DNA of 64,000 bases, from contig JAZRLA010000005.1 of NCBI GenBank assembly GCA_045646605.1, forward strand, positions 11,519-75,518, in the 5' to 3' direction. The position numbers were made by a program, and so were the translations under genes. Below, one piece after another: positions 36,392 to 43,948 of this stretch (its first letter is position 1; every line of letters begins with the position of its first letter). A model generated the notes under the pieces. That model had not been told where the DNA came from. It ran no database searches and saw only the letters and a program-made list of their open reading frames with translations. The DNA is from Candidatus Enterousia sp. Its GTDB lineage: Bacteria > Pseudomonadota > Alphaproteobacteria > Rs-D84.

Positions 36392-36989
36392 AAATTGTAT
36401 TTTCATTGCGCAGGTAATTATAAAGTGTAACTTTGTTAACACGCATAATTCTTGCAATTTCATTTTTACTAATACCTTTATCAATCAACGTATTTATTCT
36501 TTTTTTATTTTTGCTAAGTTTCAATTGTTTTGATTGTGCGCCGATTGGTCGTCCAAGTTTTTTGCCATTTGCCTTTAATCGCGCCAAACTTTCACGCACG
36601 CGTTCTTTTAATAATGACCGCGACAATTCCGCCGACAAACCAAACGCAAACGCCAACACCTTAGATTGTATATCGGTACCCAAACGAAAATTTTCTTTTA
36701 ACGTCCATATCTGACAATCATGTTCAAGACACATCTGTAAAATCCCCATAACCTCTAACAACGACCGCCCAAGACGTGATATTTCCGTTGTAATTAAAAT
36801 ATCCCCAGATTGCAGTTTTTTTAATAATGCGCCCAACTTTCTGTCTTGTAATTTTTTTCCACTTGAAATTTTTTCTTCAACCCAAGAATCAATAACGATA
36901 TTATTTTGTTTTGCGAAATTTTCTATTACAAAATGTTGATTTTCTTCTGTTTGATGTGCGGTTGAAACACGACAGTATCCATAAATCAT
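36390..36989 (-). CDS. Small serine recombinase, resolvase/invertase (Hin/Gin-like) type (199 aa)
   Basis: The start is taken at MIYGYCRVSTAHQTEENQ, which carries the catalytic Ser motif. Also present are ...ILITTEISRLGRSLLEVM and the C-terminal HTH GISKNEIARIMRVNKVTLYNYL. Confidence 0.9.
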   Translation of the reverse strand: MIYGYCRVSTAHQTEENQHFVIENFAKQNNIVIDSWVEEKISSGKKLQDRKLGALLKKLQSGDILITTEISRLGRSLLEVMGILQMCLEHDCQIWTLKENFRLGTDIQSKVLAFAFGLSAELSRSLLKERVRESLARLKANGKKLGRPIGAQSKQLKLSKNKKRINTLIDKGISKNEIARIMRVNKVTLYNYLRNENTI

Positions 36990-37097
36990 GATAAATTCCC
37001 TTTTTGCATTTTTATTATAAAAAAAGGTGCCCGAAAAAAGCATCGGCACCCGTGTTCGAAATGGAATATAGTCGTTTTTTTTCGTGTTTCAAGTGGT

Positions 37098-37233
37098 ACA
37101 AAAAAAACCAAGGTTAAAAATCAACCACTTTTTTAAAAAAATAAAAGATTATTTTTTTTACTAAAAACAATAGATAACACGATTTCCATATACCCCCATA
37201 CCCAAGCGGTTAAAAAACCTTGGTTTTTATACC
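37098..37233. promoter_or_regulatory. Candidate invertible DNA switch bounded by hix-like inverted sites
   Basis: The two sites are ACAAAAAAAACC-AA-GGTTAAAAATCA (37098-37123) and GGTTAAAAAACC-TT-GGTTTTTATACC (37208-37233), in inverted orientation. They share the AAAACC-AA-GGTT core of hixL. See findings. Confidence 0.5.
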
Positions 37234-37297
37234 ATTGAATTGTGCCTTAAAAGGGGGAGGCCTTTTAAGGGTTTAACGTTAAACCAAGGAGAAAAAA

Positions 37298-39223
37298 ATG
37301 TTAAGACAATCAAAAACAACAATCAAAGAATTGTCTGCACAATACCGCAGTGTATTGAAACGAGCATTCTTGGCGGGTGTTATTGCACTTGTAACCGCTA
37401 ATGCTGCACACGCAACAATTACAGCCGAAGATATTGGCACCATTAACGATAGTATCAACATGGCCCAATCCGATGGAAATTATACAACCAGTATGGGTGA
37501 TTATAATGTAGCAACAACCGATTATAGCACCGAAACGGGATATGGTTTATACACATATGACCATGATAATAATCCAGAAACACCTGAAATTGCGTTAACT
37601 ACAAACAATGGTACTGAAACATTAGATGATACAGTATTCACATATACAGATAACACCGGTGCAACAACTAACTTAGATGTTAATTCGACTGGATTTACAA
37701 CAAGTGATTTTACTGGTACAGCTGGAACAATAAATGTTGCCGATGGTACAACCGATTTGACAACATTAGAAGCTAACACAACAACTGTTGGTTTAGGTAA
37801 TTATCAATATATGGCGAACTTTGATAACTCTGGCGATGCGTTAACAGCTTTGACAGCAGATGCACCAGAATTGAGTTCATTCCACAATGATATTACTTTG
37901 ACAACAGGTTCAATCACCGTTAATGGTAATGACGAAGCAAACAAGCCAAGTATTGACCAATATGGTTTTGCTATTACACTGCATGACGATAGCACAGGAA
38001 ACTTTGATTTGGTGTACAATGAACTCACACATTCGTATGATTATAATTATACCGGCGATGTAACCTTGGATGCATCAGACATTGCCAACGCAAGCGCACA
38101 AGTTGCATCACAATCAGCAAATTTGATCGCTGACACAACATTATTCAATGATGCCGTAACAACGAATACAAACAATTATAACGAGACGCTTGCCCATTAT
38201 AATACCGTTCACGGCGTTTACGAATCTGATGCAAATGCACAAAACACGCTAGACACCAATTACGTTAATTACGAAACAAGTTTTGCCGCGGCACAGGCAA
38301 ATCAATACGCCGCCGAACAAAACTTATCAAATGCACAAAACGCTTACGCGGATGATTTAGCGGTATATAATTCAACCGCAACGGCATACAATAATTACAC
38401 AAACTCTTTGGGTCAAAGTATCGACGCAAAAGATGAAGCAGTGTTGGCAAGTGCACAGGATTACGCAGATAGTTTGGCGGATAATTACGATGCGGCCGGT
38501 TCAGCAGACACCGCAGAACAAAATGCAAAAGATTACGCGGATAGTTTGGCGGATAATTACGATGCGGCCGGTTCAGCAGACACTGCAGAACAAAACGCAA
38601 AAGATTACGCAGATAATCAAATTGCATCTGAAGCATTAGCACGTGAATCGGCAGATACCGAACTGCAAACTTTGATTGCCACAGAAGCGAACACACGCGA
38701 AGAAAAAGACATCGCGTTGCAAAGCAATATTGATGCCGAAGCATCCGCACGCGCCGACGAAGACGCGGCTATCCGTTCTGAATTTGCAGATGCCGATGAT
38801 GCGGTTCGCGGTGAATTCGCGGCGGCCGATGCCGATTTGCAAAACGCAATCGATAACGAAGTTGCACGTGCAACCGCCCAAGAACAGGCAATTCGTAACG
38901 ACTTTGCGGCGGGCGACGCGGCAACATTGGCACGGGCAAACGCCTATACCGACCAAAGGGTAGATACGCTTGAAAAGAACGTGTCTGGCGGTGTTGCGGC
39001 GGCAACCGCATTGTCATCGGTTGCGGTGTCCAACGTAAAACGTGGCGAAGTTTCCGTCGGTGCCGGATACGGTTATTACAATGACCAATCCGCCGTTGCG
39101 TTTGGTGCCGCGATGGGGCTTACCGATCGTTGGTCTGTTAACGCGGGTGCCGGTTTGGCAACGGGTGACAAAACCCAGATGTCTTTCCGTGCCGGAACAA
39201 ATTACAAGTTTAAATTGTTCTAA
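37298..39223 (+). CDS. Trimeric autotransporter adhesin (YadA-type membrane anchor)
   Basis: The C-terminus GGVAAATALSSVA...GEVSVGAGYGYYNDQSAVAFGAAMGLTDRWSVNAGAGLATGDKTQMSFRAGTNYKF is a YadA anchor. The stalk is Ala/Asp-rich and coiled, and the N-terminal signal is long. AAGGAG RBS. Confidence 0.9.
   Translation: MLRQSKTTIKELSAQYRSVLKRAFLAGVIALVTANAAHATITAEDIGTINDSINMAQSDGNYTTSMGDYNVATTDYSTETGYGLYTYDHDNNPETPEIALTTNNGTETLDDTVFTYTDNTGATTNLDVNSTGFTTSDFTGTAGTINVADGTTDLTTLEANTTTVGLGNYQYMANFDNSGDALTALTADAPELSSFHNDITLTTGSITVNGNDEANKPSIDQYGFAITLHDDSTGNFDLVYNELTHSYDYNYTGDVTLDASDIANASAQVASQSANLIADTTLFNDAVTTNTNNYNETLAHYNTVHGVYESDANAQNTLDTNYVNYETSFAAAQANQYAAEQNLSNAQNAYADDLAVYNSTATAYNNYTNSLGQSIDAKDEAVLASAQDYADSLADNYDAAGSADTAEQNAKDYADSLADNYDAAGSADTAEQNAKDYADNQIASEALARESADTELQTLIATEANTREEKDIALQSNIDAEASARADEDAAIRSEFADADDAVRGEFAAADADLQNAIDNEVARATAQEQAIRNDFAAGDAATLARANAYTDQRVDTLEKNVSGGVAAATALSSVAVSNVKRGEVSVGAGYGYYNDQSAVAFGAAMGLTDRWSVNAGAGLATGDKTQMSFRAGTNYKFKLF
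38459..38602 (+). repeat. In-frame 72-nt tandem duplication within the adhesin stalk
   Basis: Copies at 38459-38530 and 38531-38602 differ at 3 positions. Each encodes DYADSLADNYDAAGSADTAEQNAK. A third unit starts at 38603 (DYADNQ) and then diverges. Confidence 0.95.
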
Positions 39224-39246
39224 TAAAAATCGATCAAAGCAAACCC

Positions 39247-39275
39247 AAAATCCCCGCAATACCGCGGGGATTTTT
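39247..39275 (+). terminator. Rho-independent terminator of the adhesin gene
   Basis: AAAATCCCCGC-loop-GCGGGGATTTT followed by a T-run. Confidence 0.7.
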
Positions 39276-39430
39276 ATATAATTTGTTATCTAAGATTTTT
39301 GCCCGTCTCCGTTTGCATTACAAACCCCGCCACGGCACTGTCCGCCTACGCTGGTGCTTAATTTTGGTTAATGAATTATGCGTCTTTGATGAATTATTTT
39401 CGATATACGTGCGCGCTACGGCGAGACACT

Positions 39431-39465
39431 CAAAAATTTTAAATGCGCACTTATTTGTGCGCATT
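39431..39465 (-). terminator. Rho-independent terminator after the tRNA-Val end of the tRNA cluster
   Basis: AATGCGCAC/GTGCGCATT stem, followed on the minus strand by TAAAATTTTT. Confidence 0.55.
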
Positions 39466-39474
39466 AACAATTTT

Positions 39475-39551
39475 TGGTGGATGAGACTGGACTCGAACCA
39501 GCGACCCCCACGATGTGAACGTGATGCTCTAACCAACTGAGCTACTCATCC
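39475..39551 (-). tRNA. tRNA-Val (anticodon CAC), CCA encoded
   Basis: GGATGAG-TA-GCTC-AGTTGGTTA-GAGC-A-TCACG-TTCACAT-CGTGG-GGGTC-GCTGG-TTCGAGT-CCAGT-CTCATCC-A-CCA. Confidence 0.9.
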
Positions 39552-39556
39552 AAACC

Positions 39557-39643
39557 TGGTGGGGATAGTGGGACTTGAACCCACACGGTCGCAATGACCA
39601 AAGGATTTTAAGTCCTCAGCGTCTACCATTCCGCCATATCCCC
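39557..39643 (-). tRNA. tRNA-Leu (anticodon TAA), long variable arm, CCA encoded
   Basis: GGGGATA acceptor stem, anticodon stem-loop GAGGA-CTTAAAA-TCCTT, variable arm GGTCATTGCGACC, and a 3' end TATCCCC-A-CCA. Confidence 0.9.
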
Positions 39644-39697
39644 GGACCCTTTATTTTAATCATGCGGCGTTTTGCGCCGCGCGATAATAAAAATTTG

Positions 39698-39773
39698 TGG
39701 TGGAGCTGATGGGACTCAAACCCACGACCTCTACGATGCGAACGTAGCGCTCTATCAACTGAGCTACAACCCC
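39698..39773 (-). tRNA. tRNA-Ala (anticodon CGC), CCA encoded
   Basis: GGGGTTG...CAGCTCC acceptor stem with the G3:U70 Ala identity pair, and anticodon stem-loop CTACG-TTCGCAT-CGTAG. The D-loop reads AGTTGATA and the T-loop reads TTTGAGT, so position 19 is A and position 56 is U. Confidence 0.88.
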
Positions 39774-39784
39774 AAAACTTTTTA

Positions 39785-39826
39785 GTTCCCCTCCTGTGGA
39801 GGGGTGGCCGAAGGCCAGGGTGGTCT
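39785..39826. repeat. GC-rich double-hairpin unit (copy between tRNA-Ala and tRNA-Leu)
   Basis: GTTCCCCTCCTGTGGAGGGGTGGCCGAAGGCCAGGGTGGTCT differs at one position from the copy at 15973-16014. Confidence 0.85.
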
Positions 39827-39907
39827 TCCTGCCCGTCTACGTGCGCGTTGCGCACTCCGCCGCGGCACTCAAATTTCTTAATTCGCAAAGCGAATAACGA
39901 AATTTGG

Positions 39908-39992
39908 TGGTGGGCATAAGAAGACTCGAACTTCCAAGGGTCGCCCCACTAGTACCTGAAACTAGCGCGTCTACCAGTTCCGCCATATGCCC
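39908..39992 (-). tRNA. tRNA-Leu (anticodon CAG), long variable arm, CCA encoded
   Basis: GGGCATA acceptor stem, anticodon stem-loop CTAGT-TTCAGGT-ACTAG, and a 3' end TATGCCC-A-CCA. Confidence 0.9.
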
Positions 39993-40053
39993 AATTGCGC
40001 CCACACTATACACCACTTTTGCACACTTTGCAACAAGAAAATGAAGAAAGAGC

Positions 40054-40126
40054 GTTGGTGTAAGTGGATAGTAGCTAGTAAAAAAAAAGAAATTGGGCGC
40101 ATCGCGCCTACACTAACACTTACCCT
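40054..40126. repeat. Short element with stop-rich inverted arms around a GC hairpin
   Basis: GGTGTAAGTGGATAGTAGCTAGT ... GGCGC-ATC-GCGCC ... CTACACTAACACTTACCC. The arms are related to those at 5259, 24451 and 42815. Confidence 0.6.
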
Positions 40127-40165
40127 TGACCCAATTTTAGATTTTTGATAAAATTATTCACAGAG

Positions 40166-42751
40166 ATGAGTAAAATTCTAATTTTATGCGCAATTGTTGG
40201 TTTATATGCCGGCACGCCCGCGTATTCTGCGGTGCGTGATGGTGTATCTAACACCCGGCCAACGGACACAAATGCGCGCACAACCGCAACGCCGCGCACG
40301 GTCGCACCGCAAAATTCCACCACCAATACCCGCGCCACACGCAATGTCGCCGCACGCGCCGGAACATTAAAAATCAATTCAACACCACGAAATGCCACAA
40401 ATGTCCGTAGCCGCGTCGCCGGTACCGGAAATTCCAATCTATCGCGGCGCATGGTGCAAATTGGTCGCGCCACCATCACCGGCACCCCCAGTAATGACAT
40501 CATGGAAACACGCACTGGGGCGGCATACGCCCAATGCAAAACCGCGTATTTTCAATGCATGGATCAATTTTGTCAGTTAAAAAATGACGATTACCGTCGC
40601 TGTTCTTGCAGTTCACGAATCCATGATTTAATGTCCGTTCGCCAAAACATAATCGATACCAATGGCAAACTTACCGAATTCACGGAAAACCTTGATGCGG
40701 TTGGCCTTACCGCGGCCCAGGCAACGGCGATGCACACCGCATCCGACGGCGAAAACGCACTTACAGCGGACACATCCGCATCCAAGGCATTGCTTACCGC
40801 GATAATGAATTCAATCCGTGGGGGCGACACAACCGTTGGCGGAAAAATGTCTGATTTAAACAGCATAAACCTTTCGTTCGACACAGTGAACATGTTCGGC
40901 CTTACCGACACGGCCCAGGTTATCGCGTCATATAATGGCACGGAACTTTACAACGCGGTGTACCCATCATGCCGCAGTGCGGTGGCCGCCGATTGCAACA
41001 ACGCATCGTTACAACGCGCGGTCACGGCATACCTTATGGCCATCGAACAAGATTGCAATACTGTGCAAACCGCACTTGAATCAAAACAAAAAGATTTGCG
41101 TGCCGCCGTCCGCGAAAGCAGTGCGATGTTGGACCTTGCACGCATTGAAAACCGCAGCAAACATAACGCCGACAACATGGCAACCTGTATCGGGAATGTA
41201 GAGGCCGCCGTCCTTAGCGAAGAAGTTTGCGGTGCGAATTATCATCGGTGTCTTGATAACGGTGAATTCATCGATGTCACAACCGGTGCGCCAATTACCG
41301 GCGTTGTGCGTTTCTATGAATTACAAGATATATTGAAATTTGACAACACCCAAGACGCCGCATTTCAAAAATTGGCGCAAAATCCGGACAACAGCAAATT
41401 TGTGAAAAACTTTGAAAATAAAACCAAAAAATTTGCCACGGATGCCCTTGATAAATGCACCGAAATTGCGGACACTGTTTGGGCGGAATATTTGGACAAA
41501 GCACTACTTGATATATACTATGCCCAAAAAGCCAAGGTTCAAACGATTAAAACCGGTTGTCTCGATTTGATTTCCAGGTGCTATGACGATCGCGAAACGG
41601 CAATAACCGCGGCAATGGCGGAACTTATTGACGGCAAAACTGAAATATCGCTTTTGCCAGATAAAATCGTTCTTACCAAACAAATGTGCAGTAATTATAT
41701 CGAATCTTGCAATAACATGTTCGACAACACAAATATAATTGCGGAATACGTTGATCACCAGGCGAACACCGACACAACCGCCGCGTGTCGCGCCGTCGTA
41801 CAACAATGCTTTGATAGTTTCGGTGGCGCAAATTACGAAAACTTTTATTACCCAAGCAGCGGATTATTCCAAACCGGCATGGTTGATGATTTAGTATCCA
41901 ATCATGGCACATCAGAAACGACAAAACGCATATCCGCCCTTGATTGGTTCACACTTTACGAATACGACGAAAATGGCGAACGAAAACCGGGATATGTTTC
42001 CAAGTGCGCCCAGCGCGTTTCCGAAATTCCAAGTTGCGCGGACAAGGTTGAATCAGTATTCGGTGGCCTGGACGCTGTAATCGCCAACCGCGGCCGGGAT
42101 AATTACGGCCAATACGAATATACAATACCAAGCAGTGCAAACAACGCGTATGCATATGGTTGGACAAAATCGGATGATATCGACCTTATTCCATGGTCAG
42201 ACCCCGATTACAAATTCAAGAATCGCCGCCTGCGTCCGACCGGTGTCGCGACCGAGGTTTATAACCAAATCATCGACAGCCTTACCACACAATGTATGAA
42301 TGTCGAAGGTAAATTTATCGAAGCACAATTTGTAGATCACAATCTATATGGTCCTATATGTATATTAGATTTTTATAGCTTAAATTCCTATGATAGCACT
42401 TATTACGGACTTCATTCAAGTGGCGTAGAAAACATGTGCCCCAAGAATTATATAAACAATATAGACCCTGACTCATGGGGAATATGTTCTTGTTGGGAAA
42501 ACGGCGGTCGCCGGAGTCGAAACGGCGAAAGTCAAAAATGCATGGCAATAATTCCAACTGATAATGGCGGTCAATACGAACCTAGCCCTTGCAGTCGTTC
42601 TGGAACCACCGCCTTCAATACCGATGACGAAACCCCAGGCTTCAACGATTGGTGCAATGCAACAATCAACACCACCACAAATCAAGTATGTCCTATGACA
42701 AATCAAAGTGACGGTTGTTCTGTTCCTGATTGGATACCAGATGGAATATAA
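40166..42751 (+). CDS. Hypothetical secreted Cys-rich protein (861 aa)
   Basis: The ATG at 40166 is preferred over the upstream TTG. It has the signal peptide MSKILILCAIVGLYAGTPAYSA, a Thr/Arg/Asn-rich low-complexity N-terminal region, and many paired Cys (QCKTAYFQCMDQFCQLKNDDYRRCSCS...). No recognisable family. Confidence 0.8.
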   Translation: MSKILILCAIVGLYAGTPAYSAVRDGVSNTRPTDTNARTTATPRTVAPQNSTTNTRATRNVAARAGTLKINSTPRNATNVRSRVAGTGNSNLSRRMVQIGRATITGTPSNDIMETRTGAAYAQCKTAYFQCMDQFCQLKNDDYRRCSCSSRIHDLMSVRQNIIDTNGKLTEFTENLDAVGLTAAQATAMHTASDGENALTADTSASKALLTAIMNSIRGGDTTVGGKMSDLNSINLSFDTVNMFGLTDTAQVIASYNGTELYNAVYPSCRSAVAADCNNASLQRAVTAYLMAIEQDCNTVQTALESKQKDLRAAVRESSAMLDLARIENRSKHNADNMATCIGNVEAAVLSEEVCGANYHRCLDNGEFIDVTTGAPITGVVRFYELQDILKFDNTQDAAFQKLAQNPDNSKFVKNFENKTKKFATDALDKCTEIADTVWAEYLDKALLDIYYAQKAKVQTIKTGCLDLISRCYDDRETAITAAMAELIDGKTEISLLPDKIVLTKQMCSNYIESCNNMFDNTNIIAEYVDHQANTDTTAACRAVVQQCFDSFGGANYENFYYPSSGLFQTGMVDDLVSNHGTSETTKRISALDWFTLYEYDENGERKPGYVSKCAQRVSEIPSCADKVESVFGGLDAVIANRGRDNYGQYEYTIPSSANNAYAYGWTKSDDIDLIPWSDPDYKFKNRRLRPTGVATEVYNQIIDSLTTQCMNVEGKFIEAQFVDHNLYGPICILDFYSLNSYDSTYYGLHSSGVENMCPKNYINNIDPDSWGICSCWENGGRRSRNGESQKCMAIIPTDNGGQYEPSPCSRSGTTAFNTDDETPGFNDWCNATINTTTNQVCPMTNQSDGCSVPDWIPDGI

Positions 42752-42753
42752 AA

Positions 42754-42772
42754 ATCGGCGCAACGCGCCGAT
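42754..42772. terminator. Terminator-like hairpin between convergent genes
   Basis: ATCGGCGC-AAC-GCGCCGAT preceded by AAAA, which gives a T-run on the minus strand for lpxB. Confidence 0.5.
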
Positions 42773-42829
42773 GTTCACTAACCCTTGTTCCACAAAGCCT
42801 TGGCGAAGTGGGAACACTACCCACTTACA

Positions 42830-43948
42830 CTAAGCATTAACACTTTCTGCTATTATTTGACTTGGCACGCCTTCGGCGCGCACCCACATATTATCCGCGG
42901 CGCGCAGTTCGGAAACAACCTTTTCGCGCACATCTGGTTTGGTCATATCATTGAACGCGCGTACAATATTTTCCGCCGTTGCCCGTTCCCCCAAAAATTC
43001 GGGATAAACCGCGCGATTTAACAAAATATTCACCAATGACACCCACCGCACACGTATCAGTAAATGCCCAATCCATGTCGTGACCCTGTTCATTTTATAC
43101 ACCACAATCGCCGGCACATGCAACATGGCAAGTTCCGCCGATACGGTTCCACTTGCCACCACCGCAACATACGTCCGCCGATACAGATCATACCGCGCCG
43201 CCGCCGGCACAATTTCGGGTTGCACCACCCAATCCGCCACGGCCGATTTTACATATTCCGCGGTTGTTTCAACGACCGGAATTGCAAATTTATATTCTTT
43301 TGCATTTGGAATTTTTTCAATAAATTCACGAAACACCGGCATCAGGCGTTTAACTTCACCGGTGCGACTTCCTGGAACCAGTGTTATAATTTTTTCATCC
43401 GTTTCGCGCGCGCCTTCCACACCGACTAACCCTTCGGCAATCGGATGCCCCACCGCAACCGTATCCAAACCATATTTGGTAAAATAGGGCACTTCGAAAT
43501 CAAAAAAAGCGTACAGTTTATCGAAAGTGCGCGCATACTTTTTCGCACGCCCCGGGCGCCAAGCCCAAACCTGGGGCGCAACAACATGATGAAACCGCAG
43601 GCCACGCGCAATCATTCTTTGCCCCGCCGCACTTTTGCGCAATTTTTTTATAACCGATCGCGCAAAGCCCGGCGAATCAATCGTCAAAACCGTATCCGGC
43701 GCATATTTAATAATCGCATCGACCGTTTGATTTATGCGTGCCGTCAGTGTCCGCACATGCGACAAAACCTCTATCACCCCCATGACCGCCAAATCAGATA
43801 TTGGAAATATGGACTTTAACCCCGCGGCGGTCATTTCCGCACCACCAATGCCGGCAAATTCCGCGCCACGCATTTGTCGCATTATTCGCGCGCCGAGTGT
43901 ATCACCCGAAACCTCACCCGCAATGATAAAGATTTTTTTATTCGGCAT
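42830..43948 (-). CDS. lpxB: Lipid-A-disaccharide synthase
   Basis: The start is taken at MPNKKIFIIAGEVSGDTLGARIM, the typical LpxB N-terminus. Length and overall pattern are consistent, and it overlaps the lpxA stop by 11 nt. Confidence 0.9.
   Translation of the reverse strand: MPNKKIFIIAGEVSGDTLGARIMRQMRGAEFAGIGGAEMTAAGLKSIFPISDLAVMGVIEVLSHVRTLTARINQTVDAIIKYAPDTVLTIDSPGFARSVIKKLRKSAAGQRMIARGLRFHHVVAPQVWAWRPGRAKKYARTFDKLYAFFDFEVPYFTKYGLDTVAVGHPIAEGLVGVEGARETDEKIITLVPGSRTGEVKRLMPVFREFIEKIPNAKEYKFAIPVVETTAEYVKSAVADWVVQPEIVPAAARYDLYRRTYVAVVASGTVSAELAMLHVPAIVVYKMNRVTTWIGHLLIRVRWVSLVNILLNRAVYPEFLGERATAENIVRAFNDMTKPDVREKVVSELRAADNMWVRAEGVPSQIIAESVNA

Noticed and set aside
37112-37219. A defined sigma70 promoter inside the candidate invertible segment.
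   Set aside because: I scanned both strands by eye and found only poor -35/-10 combinations with wrong spacing. I therefore do not annotate a promoter, and I leave the regulatory logic of the switch open.
39283-39888. ORFs at 39283-39540(+), 39318-39536(-) and 39616-39888(-).
   Set aside because: They overlap four tRNA genes and repeat modules and are not coding.
36043-39992. Integrated island or prophage using the serine recombinase as an integrase at the adjacent tRNA cluster.
   Set aside because: The recombinase is a ~200-aa resolvase/invertase type that lacks the large C-terminal domain of serine integrases. No att-like duplication of tRNA 3' ends was seen, and no phage or conjugation genes are present.
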